Positions 25,842 through 34,375 of a stretch of 63,171 nt of DNA are shown here, piece after piece; within the stretch, counting starts at the first letter, position 1, and the number at the start of each line of letters is the position of its first letter. Source of the DNA: a virus; IMG/VR virus record IMGVR_UViG_3300031949_000033, positions 1 to 63,171 of that record; one strand, 5' to 3'. Made by a program: the position numbers and the translations under genes. The notes beneath the pieces are model-generated. The model was given only the letters and a program-made list of their open reading frames with translations, had not been told where the DNA came from and made no database searches.

Positions 25842-26210
25842 TCACGACCCAACCACCTGCCCGTCCGCAGACCACACAAACTCAGCCACTGGCCGATGCA
25901 TCTGACACCCGCAGCAGTACGTCGCTCCGTAGAACTCCGGATCGCGAGCATAGGTCGCGGACAGTTTCTCGCCCATCGTCGTCTCGACACCACAGGCATT
26001 ACCTGTCCTACCGTGCTTGGCTGGATCGTTTGGATCAACCTCGTGGCCACCGATGCCGACGTGGATGTATTTGTCGCGGAACGGGCGCACATACCCCTTC
26101 GCCAACTCCGCGTCGCTCAGCACGAGATATTTCGTGTTTTGCGGTACGGGCTTGTTGTCGCTGCCGTGACCGAGTGCAGGATCATTCGGATCTGTAGTCA
26201 AGTCGCTCAT
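25842..26210 (-). CDS. Small Cys-containing protein, paralogue B of 24693..24947
   Basis: 122 aa: ...LSDAELAKGYVRPFRDKYIHVG...GNACGVETT...ATYCCGCQMHRPVAEFVWSADGQVVGS. Confidence 0.6.
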   Translation of the reverse strand: MSDLTTDPNDPALGHGSDNKPVPQNTKYLVLSDAELAKGYVRPFRDKYIHVGIGGHEVDPNDPAKHGRTGNACGVETTMGEKLSATYARDPEFYGATYCCGCQMHRPVAEFVWSADGQVVGS

Positions 26211-26265
26211 TGCTTTCTCCTTAGCTCATGATGTGCCGTGCAGATGTATTTGGCGGTCATTCACA

Positions 26266-26736
26266 TCACCACTGATGAAACCGCGAAGCGTAGATTGTCT
26301 TCGGAACAATCGTCCCGTCCCCGCAGTCGATCCAATCGGTCGCGTCCTCGCCGGGATGGTCGTAGCCCATCGCGTGAGAATACAGAACGCCTTCTGCCGG
26401 TGTACCGACTTCATGGCGACGGACGCATTCCTTGTCTTCAGGCGACAGTCCGCGACGGATATAGGCGATACCCATGTAGGGCACATAGCAGCCGTTGCTC
26501 CGTGTCGTATCTGCACGCGTCCATTTGGTGCAGATCGCGGTAGGATCGTCAATCTCCAAGACGCGCGCATGCGGGTTCGGAAGACGCGCTGCTTGGACCC
26601 AGTAGCCATCAGGGGCCCGCCACGCGACCGGAGTCAGAAGCACGGCACTCCCGGCGAGCAGGAGCACGGCGATGACGAGCGCGCCGACCATGGCGAGGCT
26701 GGGACGGCAGGAGAGAGCGGATAGAAGGCGCTTCAT
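26266..26736 (-). CDS. Signal-anchored / secreted Cys-containing protein
   Basis: 156 aa. MKRLLSALSCRPSLAMVGALVIAVLLLAGSAVLL is a hydrophobic N-terminus. Confidence 0.55.
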   Translation of the reverse strand: MKRLLSALSCRPSLAMVGALVIAVLLLAGSAVLLTPVAWRAPDGYWVQAARLPNPHARVLEIDDPTAICTKWTRADTTRSNGCYVPYMGIAYIRRGLSPEDKECVRRHEVGTPAEGVLYSHAMGYDHPGEDATDWIDCGDGTIVPKTIYASRFHQW

Positions 26737-27293
26737 GTCGATCTCCTAGCAGTGTCGATTGCAACATCCAGGGCTTCTTCGCACAGTATTTCAAGCCCGT
26801 ACTCGTCTATGCGGCGCTGAATAACTTCTGCCGTTGGCGATTCTTTCGCACGCAACCATCGATACCGCTCGGCATCTTCCTTGTCCCTGTGCGCCTCGGC
26901 TGCGAGGTCTGCGGGGATGAGGGCGCGGATGGCGAGTGCATGTTGCAGACAGTCCCAAGCGTATGACTTCGCGTTTCGGTCTAGTCCATTACCCTCGTCT
27001 TCCCCCCACTTATCTACGTAGTCCTTACCATGTCGCTCAATTAGTGCTGCCGCCTGCTCAAGCGCCTGCGCGACGGCGAGGCTGTCTGGTAGAGAAGCAT
27101 TGCTCAAATATTCGCGCGACATGCGAACAGAATCACATAACAGTGCAATTAGCGCATTGTCTGGAGCGATTTTAGCCTGTTCCTCGACGATGTAGTGCTC
27201 GGCACGCCTTACGTGCTCAGCGATGGTCTGCTCCATCCAGTTGCCACCGACTATTTCTTGCTGGTCGGCTCTGCCAGTGCGGTCGGTGGTCAT
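26733..27293 (-). CDS. Hypothetical helical protein
   Basis: 186-aa ORF with an ATGA overlap to the downstream gene. Confidence 0.55.
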   Translation of the reverse strand: MTTDRTGRADQQEIVGGNWMEQTIAEHVRRAEHYIVEEQAKIAPDNALIALLCDSVRMSREYLSNASLPDSLAVAQALEQAAALIERHGKDYVDKWGEDEGNGLDRNAKSYAWDCLQHALAIRALIPADLAAEAHRDKEDAERYRWLRAKESPTAEVIQRRIDEYGLEILCEEALDVAIDTARRST

Positions 27294-27472
27294 CAGTTGA
27301 ATCCTTGTATGTATCGCGTAATGCGTTCTTCAGTCGGGTTGTTCATCAACTCAAATATTCCTAATTGAGCTAGAACACCACCAGCAGATGTTTTCGTTTC
27401 CTCGTGCTTGTTTAGATCCGAAAGCATTGAAGTAACCGCCTGGTTGAAGTCGCCAACCTTCACATATTTCAT
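27293..27472 (-). CDS. Hypothetical small protein
   Basis: 59 aa from MKYVKVGDFNQ. Its ATG overlaps the stop of the zinc-ribbon ORF (ATGA). The alternative start at 27514 cannot be excluded. Confidence 0.45.
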   Translation of the reverse strand: MKYVKVGDFNQAVTSMLSDLNKHEETKTSAGGVLAQLGIFELMNNPTEERITRYIQGFN

Positions 27473-27612
27473 TGCTCGCTCTTTGCACAGTTGCAAGTGT
27501 TCTGCTCGTGCCATTTCGTCCTCCAGGTTGTCCAGCAAACGTGGCACTTGTGCCTGTAGCCGTAGCACCAGCGTTGGAACGGTGCTGCACCGCAGCGCGG
27601 ACACTTGGTCAT
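27469..27612 (-). CDS. Zinc-ribbon mini-protein
   Basis: 47 aa: MTKCPRCGAAPFQRWCYGYRHKCHVCW... Coupled on both sides. Confidence 0.5.
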   Translation of the reverse strand: MTKCPRCGAAPFQRWCYGYRHKCHVCWTTWRTKWHEQNTCNCAKSEQ

Positions 27613-27731
27613 GTTATTACCTTTAGTCCTCTCAGTATTAGCAGAATGCCGTTGACGGTCAGACATATGCCTAACCCTGACATTGCGATACCGGCGATAT
27701 ACAGCAAGGCGAATCGTATGACCTCGGTCAT
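27609..27731 (-). CDS. 40-aa transmembrane mini-protein
   Basis: Manual translation gives MTEVIRFALLYIAGIAMSGLGICLTVNGILLILRGLKVIT. ATGA overlaps on both sides. Confidence 0.4.
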   Translation of the reverse strand: MTEVIRFALLYIAGIAMSGLGICLTVNGILLILRGLKVIT

Positions 27732-27904
27732 TGTCCTTTCTCCTCATCTTTCAACCGTTCGCCGAGAATCACCAGAGCTTTGACCTGCCCCGGCCTACAA
27801 CCAACCAACCTAGCGATATGACGCGTAGTAAAGCCTAACGCGCGCATCTTGGCGGCACGTTTGGCATCGGCGTGCGCCCGTTTTCGTGCTCCTGATCCAG
27901 GCAT
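27728..27904 (-). CDS. Small HTH protein
   Basis: Manual translation gives MPGSGARKRAHADAKRAAKMRALGFTTRHIARLVGCRPGQVKALVILGERLKDEEKGQ. AAGGAG RBS (tgtaaggagaatgtgATG). Confidence 0.5.
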   Translation of the reverse strand: MPGSGARKRAHADAKRAAKMRALGFTTRHIARLVGCRPGQVKALVILGERLKDEEKGQ

Positions 27905-27986
27905 CACATTCTCCTTACACCATCAATTTGGTTTCGCGGAGTATGGCCCGTGCAGACTTTGAGGTCGTCTTCAGTAGCGACGAGTC

Positions 27987-28547
27987 TCAGCGCCAAGGCA
28001 TCCCAAGCGCTTCCAACTCGGTCGCCAACTGCGCGGTAGCTTCCCTTAGAGATTCGAGTGTGGTCACTTCCAGACCGACGTCTTCTGCCATCTGAAGGAT
28101 AGCTGCCACGCGCCTGTCGAACGCATTCTCGGATTCTTTCATGCCTTCCAACTCGCGTTTGGCGTCGGCGAGTTCAGCTTCCGCTTTTTCTGCGCGTTCG
28201 TGTGCAGCCTTCAGCACTTGCGCCAGGTCTTCTTCGCCAATGCCTAGATCGATTGGCGGCGGAAGATGCATTGGGTCGAATGTACCCAGTATCCATGCCC
28301 TGAGCAGTTCGCGCGCCCGGCCGGTACTGATGGTCCATTCCTGCACGGCGCTCAAGATCGGTTGCGCGTCTAGGGTATCGAGCCCGAGAAGAGTCACGGC
28401 CCGAATATTTGCCTTGAACGCCTCGGTGGATTCGTGCATCAGTTGCTTGCGCTCGGCCACAAGTTCGCACCACGGGCAAACGGAATATGCACCAAAGCCG
28501 ATGTACGCGTGCCCCTTGTAGCATTTGAGAATTGGTGTATCACTCAT
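27987..28547 (-). CDS. Hypothetical protein with N-terminal Cys/His cluster and C-terminal coiled coil
   Basis: 186 aa from MSDTPILKCYKGHAY...CPWC. ATGA coupling. Confidence 0.55.
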   Translation of the reverse strand: MSDTPILKCYKGHAYIGFGAYSVCPWCELVAERKQLMHESTEAFKANIRAVTLLGLDTLDAQPILSAVQEWTISTGRARELLRAWILGTFDPMHLPPPIDLGIGEEDLAQVLKAAHERAEKAEAELADAKRELEGMKESENAFDRRVAAILQMAEDVGLEVTTLESLREATAQLATELEALGMPWR

Positions 28548-28693
28548 ATCGAACCATCCACAAGAACGTACATCCACCGTGTTTGGTCATCAGCGGTGTC
28601 GAGCGAATCTACGATAATACGTATGGTAGCTCGTTCGTGATCCTTCCACGCTCGGTACGCGACGTATATGCTGTACAGCGATAGGTCGCTCAT
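28544..28693 (-). CDS. Hypothetical mini-protein
   Basis: 49 aa (MSDLSLYSIYVAYRAWKDHERATIRIIVDSL...), coupled on both sides. Confidence 0.4.
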   Translation of the reverse strand: MSDLSLYSIYVAYRAWKDHERATIRIIVDSLDTADDQTRWMYVLVDGSI

Positions 28694-28959
28694 AACCCCT
28701 CCTCTTCCGCGACGAGCGCGGCCAGGTCTAGAAACTGGAACCGCGCGCCTTGGCGCTGTTTGATGTCGTGGAATTCGGTGAACTCGCGATTTCCCAGAAA
28801 GTCCACTCCACATCGGTTCACGAAAAGCAGAATGTCCCAGCACGAAAGAGAACTGGCCATGGAGGCATGCGCACGGCGGATGGCGTCGCACGAATAGTCG
28901 TCCTCGAACGGATTGAGTTCTTCATCCGCCGCACGTCGCAGGACTTCGCTTATTTTCAT
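28690..28959 (-). CDS. Hypothetical protein
   Basis: 89-aa ORF (MKISEVLRRAADEELNPFEDDYSCDAIRR...). Confidence 0.55.
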   Translation of the reverse strand: MKISEVLRRAADEELNPFEDDYSCDAIRRAHASMASSLSCWDILLFVNRCGVDFLGNREFTEFHDIKQRQGARFQFLDLAALVAEEEGL

Positions 28960-28975
28960 GGCTTCTCTCCTCTGA

Positions 28976-29143
28976 TCAGCGCCCCCTCGGCTTCAGATCC
29001 CTGCGATTCCAGTTCGGCGACTGACAGCGCGGACACTTCACCGGAACACCCGCCAGCCGCGGAATCCAGCCGTGCCCGCAACGCAGGCACTCCCACCTCG
29101 GCAATTCAATCGGCTTCGACGTTGCTCTTTTTGCCGGTTTCAT
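28976..29143 (-). CDS. Zinc-ribbon mini-protein
   Basis: Manual translation gives MKPAKRATSKPIELPRWECLRCGHGWIPRLAGVPVKCPRCQSPNWNRRDLKPRGR (CxxC...CxxC). Confidence 0.5.
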   Translation of the reverse strand: MKPAKRATSKPIELPRWECLRCGHGWIPRLAGVPVKCPRCQSPNWNRRDLKPRGR

Positions 29144-29148
29144 GCCAC

Positions 29149-29517
29149 TCACATCGGCTCCAGATGCTTCAGTTCCCCGCGCACGAAATACGCGGAGAAG
29201 TTCATGTGCTGAAATGACCCGCTGTAGAATCTGATCTCGCCAGTCAGGATGACACGCTCCCAGCGGTACTTGTACGGCTCGCCCATGCCTGCTCGTTTCC
29301 TGATGTTCATGTTGGCTTTAGTTGCCCGATCTTCAAGCCTACGCATTCTATTGTCTACATCGTAGGCTTGGTGCCACAGTGTCCCGTCCTCGCGGATTTC
29401 GTAGAGGTCCAGAGACTGAGCGTTCGTGTCCTTGGTCTGGAACTCCAAGTCGTTCACACCCTCGACACCGTCAACCGGCAGCGGGTACTTGCAGATGAGA
29501 TAATCGGATAGTTCCAT
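29149..29517 (-). CDS. Hypothetical protein, first gene after the 29.85-kb promoter
   Basis: 122 aa from MELSDYLICKYPLPVDG, with AAGGAGG RBS (gcaaggaggtatataccATG). Confidence 0.6.
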   Translation of the reverse strand: MELSDYLICKYPLPVDGVEGVNDLEFQTKDTNAQSLDLYEIREDGTLWHQAYDVDNRMRRLEDRATKANMNIRKRAGMGEPYKYRWERVILTGEIRFYSGSFQHMNFSAYFVRGELKHLEPM

Positions 29518-29552
29518 GGTATATACCTCCTTGCTCTTTGACGTTCGTGGAA

Positions 29553-29730
29553 AAATTTGGCTCACTTCCGCCAATTGGTTGTCTATCTGCTTTTGGTCTC
29601 GCTATTTCTTAGCGGCTGTCTTCCGGGGTCCGGCGCGCTGGCCTTGAATGGTTTTCTCTAAGAATGTGGCGCGCTGCAAACATGTGGTTGTCTTGCCTAC
29701 TTTGGCTCGCTTCCGCGCCCTGGTTGTCTC
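29553..29730 (-). repeat. Iterated motif cluster in the leader: AGACAACCA x3, two of them extended to AGACAACCA-N3/4-GCGGAAGYGAGCCAAA
   Basis: Plus-strand tggttgtct occurs at 29576-29584, 29685-29693 and 29721-29729. tttggctcacttccgc and tttggctcgcttccgc lie at about 29556 and about 29701. Confidence 0.6.
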
Positions 29731-29825
29731 AAGCAGTGTGGCTCCTGGTGGCCGGGATCTGTCCTGACCTCGGCGAATAGAGGGGATGCGGATCACAAAC
29801 TCTCCGATTCCTCCACGATGACCTT

Positions 29826-29853
29826 ATATTATCATCATGGAAACGATTGTCAA
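29826..29853 (-). promoter_or_regulatory. Sigma70-type promoter (minus strand) for the long late/structural operon
   Basis: The reverse complement reads TTGACA-atcgtttccatgatga-TAATAT, with a 16-nt spacer and TG immediately upstream of the -10. It lies about 300 nt upstream of the first gene. Confidence 0.6.
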
Positions 29854-30116
29854 GCCCCTTCCACATCCGCGCGCGCGTAACAGTTTTTTGAAACCCGGCT
29901 ACCACCAGTATCAGTCAAGCATCTTGTTCACGTCAAAACCCGGCCCGACGTGCACACCGGCTCGCGTAACGGCTTCGCGAAAGATCCGTGCGGCAAAAAG
30001 TGTGGAGGGAGAGGGAAGGACAGCCCCAATACTGATCTCGCCATGGGGACCCCTGCTGAAGAGACATCGGTTTTCCCCGACGGTCGGGGCGGGAGCGATC
30101 GCGGGTGAGGGCGGAT

Positions 30117-30932
30117 CTAGGCGGGCCAGGGCTTGGTCGGATCTGGCGTCGAACTGGGGATAACTGCGGGGATATCCTGTGGATATGTGGGTGGAGTGCC
30201 GATAACGGGCGTTATGTCAAGCGCGTCCTGCCCTGCCCGATCCGTAGGCAACTGATCGATGACCCGGCCGCGGATGTCGGTCGTCCTGCCATCGACAATG
30301 AACGTGAACGAGGCCCTGAGCAACCCTCCCCCGGGCGCCACCTGGCCGCCGAACTCGGACGGGAATCGGCGCTCAGCCACCCACTGCCAGTATCGGGCCG
30401 TGCGTTCGGCAATCTCGGCGGACACCTTGGCGACCTTGGCCAGGCTGTCCCCGAGGAGGGCCCACTTTTCCATTTTTCCGCCGCCGACTTGGACCATTTT
30501 TTCATCGAGAATCATCTCGGTCGCGGCCTGAGCGTCGGCTTGGGCGCCCTCGAGGGCCCGGCCGGCAGCTGACATACGTTCGCCGACGTGTGTCCGCAGA
30601 GCGTCCGTGTACTCCTGGTTGGCGCCAGCGATCAGCCAACCACTGAGCGTTGCGCAGCTGATCCCGAACTGCTCGGCGACCGCGTAAACGGGTTGGCCAG
30701 CCGCAATTAACGGTAGTGCGCGCTCACACATTGCGATTCGCTGCGACGCGGAATAGACGACGCGACCGCCAGTTTTGATCCCTAGCGGCGATAGGCCGTA
30801 GTATTCGCTATTCGGCCGCGGTCTATCTGGCCGAGATTTCGAGTTGGTCGCTACTGCCGTAGGTTGCTCGGCGTCGACGCTGGCATCAGAGTCGAACGCG
30901 GCTGGCATGCTATCGAGGATTGAAAGGTCCAT
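30117..30932 (-). CDS. HTH protein resembling small terminase subunits
   Basis: 271 aa. HTH QPVYAVAEQFGISCATLSGWL and the later motif WQWVAERRFPSEFG resemble small-terminase families from memory. The gene is separated from TerL by about 7 kb. Confidence 0.45.
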   Translation of the reverse strand: MDLSILDSMPAAFDSDASVDAEQPTAVATNSKSRPDRPRPNSEYYGLSPLGIKTGGRVVYSASQRIAMCERALPLIAAGQPVYAVAEQFGISCATLSGWLIAGANQEYTDALRTHVGERMSAAGRALEGAQADAQAATEMILDEKMVQVGGGKMEKWALLGDSLAKVAKVSAEIAERTARYWQWVAERRFPSEFGGQVAPGGGLLRASFTFIVDGRTTDIRGRVIDQLPTDRAGQDALDITPVIGTPPTYPQDIPAVIPSSTPDPTKPWPA

Positions 30933-31007
30933 CGGTAATGGCTTAAGAAAGACCCACCCCCCGGCCCCCTCCCTTATTGTACTGAGGGGAACCGTGAGGT
31001 GGATAGG

Positions 31008-31493
31008 TCAGGATTCTGGGCCAATGTGGATAACTTTGTCAATACCTGGTTCGGATTCCGGGGTTTCGCACCTGAGTTTGTGGATCAGGACGACTAGAGT
31101 ACGAATAGGGACAAGGGGGGGGATGAGCTTGAGCTTGAGCTTGCTCTTGGCTCGGACGGTTCGGCGGGCGAACTCGACCGCAACGAGGCAGGCGGGTTTG
31201 TGCTGGTAGGGCCTGGGACGGCGGACCGCGACGACCAGGGCGATGCGCCCGCGGTAGGCGTCCGGGGTGCCTCGGCTGTCGACGCGCTCCCGGGTCGACG
31301 TCAGAAGGCCGTGCTGCCGGCATTCCGCTGCCAGCGCTCGGCGGATCGCTGCGGGGCGGCTTGCCGTGCCGCCGTGCTTGAGGTCGAGGGCGAGCCTGCA
31401 GACCAAGTCTAGGAGGGCGTCGACGTCCATTACTGCGATAGTGTGCACGGGATCGGCGGAGGGGTCAAAAAAATCGTCATCTGGCCTTGACAC
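31008..31493 (-). CDS. Hypothetical protein, divergent from the early plus-strand operon
   Basis: 161-aa ORF. Its start overlaps the -35 of the divergent promoter. No recognisable motif. Confidence 0.4.
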   Translation of the reverse strand: MSRPDDDFFDPSADPVHTIAVMDVDALLDLVCRLALDLKHGGTASRPAAIRRALAAECRQHGLLTSTRERVDSRGTPDAYRGRIALVVAVRRPRPYQHKPACLVAVEFARRTVRAKSKLKLKLIPPLVPIRTLVVLIHKLRCETPESEPGIDKVIHIGPES

Positions 31494-31515
31494 TGGCCCA
31501 TGGGGATACTACTAT
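31487..31515 (+). promoter_or_regulatory. Consensus sigma70 promoter of the plus-strand early operon
   Basis: TTGACA (31487-31492), 17-nt spacer, TACTAT (31510-31515). Confidence 0.7.
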
Positions 31516-31529
31516 GATAGTGTGATAGT
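31515..31529 (+). promoter_or_regulatory. Operator-like direct repeat TGATAGT x2 at the transcription start
   Basis: tgatagtgtgatagt lies immediately after the -10. Confidence 0.4.
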
Positions 31530-31574
31530 ACCCCGATGCTGGCGGGATGACCGGCACAAACAGGAGTAGCGAAA

Positions 31575-31730
31575 ATGACCGAATACCGAGTAATTATCCT
31601 CCCGACCGGCGCGCATTACGACTGCGCTTCGTTGGACGAGGCCAACGATGTGTTTGACAACGCGCCGCAGTCTGACGAGGAGACCGGCCGGCAGATCACC
31701 GCTGACGGCATCGTTATACGGGAAGAGTAG
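31575..31730 (+). CDS. Hypothetical mini-protein
   Basis: Manual translation gives 51 aa: MTEYRVIILPTGAHYDCASLDEANDVFDNAPQSDEETGRQITADGIVIREE. CAGGAG RBS. Confidence 0.5.
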   Translation: MTEYRVIILPTGAHYDCASLDEANDVFDNAPQSDEETGRQITADGIVIREE

Positions 31731-31766
31731 ATTCCCCCCCGTCACCTAAACCCAATGGAGAAAATC

Positions 31767-31931
31767 ATGCGCAGAATGACCCACGCGGACGTGATCGCCG
31801 GCATCGACGCGATCGCGAAAAAGTACAAGCAACACACGCGTGACCAGATTCTTGGCTGGTACGCCGAGGGCCTGATAACCGAGACCGAACGCACCGTCTG
31901 GCTCGCGGAAATCGAGGAGCCCGCACCATGA
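31767..31931 (+). CDS. Hypothetical mini-protein
   Basis: Manual translation gives 54 aa: MRRMTHADVIAGIDAIAKKYKQHTRDQILGWYAEGLITETERTVWLAEIEEPAP. GGAG RBS. Its stop overlaps the next ATG (ATGA). Confidence 0.5.
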   Translation: MRRMTHADVIAGIDAIAKKYKQHTRDQILGWYAEGLITETERTVWLAEIEEPAP

Positions 31932-33505
31932 CCGAAACCCTTTCCGCCGGTTCGCGTGCCGCCGCTGATGTAGCGGCCTTGCTGCGCGCGAGGAATCCGT
32001 TGATCTGGATTACCAGTCGCGAGGAGGCGCGCGTTGAGCGCCTTCTGATGGAAGCGGCACAGGCGGCCCAGTACGAGCCCCGATTTTGGGACTGTGCAAA
32101 CGGTATCACGGACTACGCCGGAGCCCCACAGGAAGGCGGCGCGAGCGGCACGGACCCGGCGCAGGCGATATCCGTTATCCGCGATAGTCGCAGGCGCCAA
32201 GTGTGGATACTGCGCGATCTGCCGGCGTGGTTGCGGGATCCAACCGTGAACCGTGCGCTGCGCTCGTTGGTCCGAGGGCTGACGCTCTCACCCAGGGACG
32301 AGGCGCGCGCCGTGATTGTGCTAACGCCTTCGAGCGAGGTCCCGCCCGAGCTGGCCGGGCACGCCGTGGTGATTGACTTCCCGCTCCCGGACCGCGCGGA
32401 GATAGCGCAGATCCTAGACGCGGCGATTGCCGCCCTGCCGGATGAGATCCGCGACCAGGCAGCGCCAAACGGCGCCCGCGATGCGGCGATCGATGCCGCC
32501 GTCGGGCTCACCGCTGAGGAGGCGCAAGCCTGCTATGCGAAATCGCTGGTCAGCACACGCCGGATAGATCCGGCCACGGTGGCCGCCGAGAAAAAGCGCG
32601 TCATCGCCAGGGAGAAGATCCTCGAATGGATCGATCCGATGCCAGGCGGGTTAGACGCCGTTGGAGGACTGGAAGCGCTGAAGGCGTGGCTCACCTCACG
32701 GCGCGCCGCGTTCGGCCCGCGCGCGCGCGCCTACGGCCTGCCTGCACCCAAAGGCGCCTTGCTCGTCGGTGTGCCGGGGTGCGGGAAGTCCCTCACCGCG
32801 AAGGCGATCGCTACCGCTTGGGGTATGCCCTTGTTGCGACTCGACATGGGCGCTCTTAAGTCGAAATGGGTTGGCGAAAGCGAAGGGAACATTCGCAAGG
32901 CGTTGCGCGTCGCTGAGACCGTTGCGCCGTGCGTGCTCTGGCTCGACGAAATCGAGAAAGCGCTCGCCGGCGCAACCCAGGGCGCAGCCGACGGTGGCAC
33001 GTCCGCCGATGCGCTGGGTGCCGTCCTATCCTGGATGCAGGACCGGGCCGGCAGTGTCTTCGTTGTCGCGACCGCGAACGACGTAACCGCCCTGCCGCCT
33101 GAACTGCTACGCAAGGGGCGGTTCGACGAACTTTTCTTTGTCGACCTGCCGAGCGCCATCGAGCGCGGCGCCATCGTACAAGCGGCGCTACGGCAGTATG
33201 GGCGCGACGCTGGCCCCGGTGCCGAAATCTATCTAGCCGACGTGGCAACGGCTACCGCTGATTTCACAGGCGCCGAAATCGCCGCCCTAGTCCCCGAGGC
33301 CCTCTATTCAGCCTTCGCGGACGGTGAGCGCGCCATTACGACCGCCGACCTAGTCGCCGCGGCGGCCGCTACTGTTCCTCTCGCCCGCACCGCAGCCGAG
33401 AAAATCGACAAGCTGCGCGCCTGGGCGAAGGGACGTGCCCGGCCGGCGAGCGTCACCCCGATCACCAGGACGAGCAGCGCCGCGCGCGCGTTGGATATCG
33501 CCTAG
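31928..33505 (+). CDS. AAA+ ATPase (classical clade, CDC48/FtsH-like module) with a degenerate N-terminal half
   Basis: 525 aa. Walker A GVPGCGKSLTAKA, Walker B VLWLDEIEKA, and sensor/arginine-finger region VFVVATANDVTALPPELLRKGRFDELFFVDLP. Confidence 0.8.
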   Translation: MTETLSAGSRAAADVAALLRARNPLIWITSREEARVERLLMEAAQAAQYEPRFWDCANGITDYAGAPQEGGASGTDPAQAISVIRDSRRRQVWILRDLPAWLRDPTVNRALRSLVRGLTLSPRDEARAVIVLTPSSEVPPELAGHAVVIDFPLPDRAEIAQILDAAIAALPDEIRDQAAPNGARDAAIDAAVGLTAEEAQACYAKSLVSTRRIDPATVAAEKKRVIAREKILEWIDPMPGGLDAVGGLEALKAWLTSRRAAFGPRARAYGLPAPKGALLVGVPGCGKSLTAKAIATAWGMPLLRLDMGALKSKWVGESEGNIRKALRVAETVAPCVLWLDEIEKALAGATQGAADGGTSADALGAVLSWMQDRAGSVFVVATANDVTALPPELLRKGRFDELFFVDLPSAIERGAIVQAALRQYGRDAGPGAEIYLADVATATADFTGAEIAALVPEALYSAFADGERAITTADLVAAAAATVPLARTAAEKIDKLRAWAKGRARPASVTPITRTSSAARALDIA

Positions 33506-33580
33506 AGTTTCCATTCTCGCGCCCCGGAGGAGGGGCGCCGGAATGCGGAATTCACCGCAGACTATTGTGGAGACCATGCC

Positions 33581-34375
33581 ATGAAAACGTCAGTGCTGAA
33601 ACCGGGCTACCTCGTTAGCCTGAAAACCTCCTTGCGTGGAGGTGTGAACTACGCCCGTATCGATATCGAACCCGACCACGAAACCGCAGACGGCGCCCGC
33701 GTCGCGAAATGGGAAACCCGGCGCGCCATTCCCGACCCTGAAGAGTTCGAGCGCGCCAGTTCGGCGCGATCCAAGGCGCGCGCGCTCGTGGCGTCGGTGT
33801 GCTGCACATCGAGCTTTGGCCTGCTCTGTCCCTCTTCCGATGAGGAAAAATTGTTCGATGCTATCGGCGCCGCGCGCGAAGTCGCGGACGCTCATAACGG
33901 CGGGGCCAGCCTTACCCGCGTCGAGGTGTTTGTCTTAGTCGGGCGCGTCGCGCAGGACGACGCAGAGGCCGCGCGGGCGATCGGCTCAGAAATCCGCGAA
34001 TTGCTTGAGGCTATGCGTGCGGGAATCGCCGCGGCTGACCCACGCGCGATCCGCGAAGCAGCCACGAAGGCGAAAAATTTGGGCGCCATGCTGAGCGCAG
34101 ATGTCGCCGCCCAGGTGAGTGGCGCAATCGTTGAGGCCCGCGCTGCCGCGCGCGCAATTGTCGCCCGCATCGAAAAAGCGGGGGAGACCGCCGCTAGCGT
34201 GGTCGCGCAATGCTCAACGGCGCGTATCGAGTCCGCCCGCTTCGCGTTCCTGGACTTGGACGAAGGCACCCAGGCAACAAGCGAGGCCCCGGCAGCGCGC
34301 GGGATCGATATCGATATCTCAGCGTCAGCCGCCGAAGTCTACGCGACACCGGCGCCGATGCTGGAGCTTTTCTAA
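33581..34375 (+). CDS. Hypothetical protein (Ala-rich helical C-terminal half)
   Basis: 264-aa ORF. Its stop overlaps the next ATG (TAATG). Confidence 0.6.
   Translation: MKTSVLKPGYLVSLKTSLRGGVNYARIDIEPDHETADGARVAKWETRRAIPDPEEFERASSARSKARALVASVCCTSSFGLLCPSSDEEKLFDAIGAAREVADAHNGGASLTRVEVFVLVGRVAQDDAEAARAIGSEIRELLEAMRAGIAAADPRAIREAATKAKNLGAMLSADVAAQVSGAIVEARAAARAIVARIEKAGETAASVVAQCSTARIESARFAFLDLDEGTQATSEAPAARGIDIDISASAAEVYATPAPMLELF

Noticed and set aside
29602-30163. ORFs 29602..29796 (-) and 29837..30163 (+) in the large intergenic region.
   Set aside because: They have highly basic, low-complexity products and no RBS. The region contains a promoter and iterated DNA motifs, so it is better explained as regulatory or packaging DNA.
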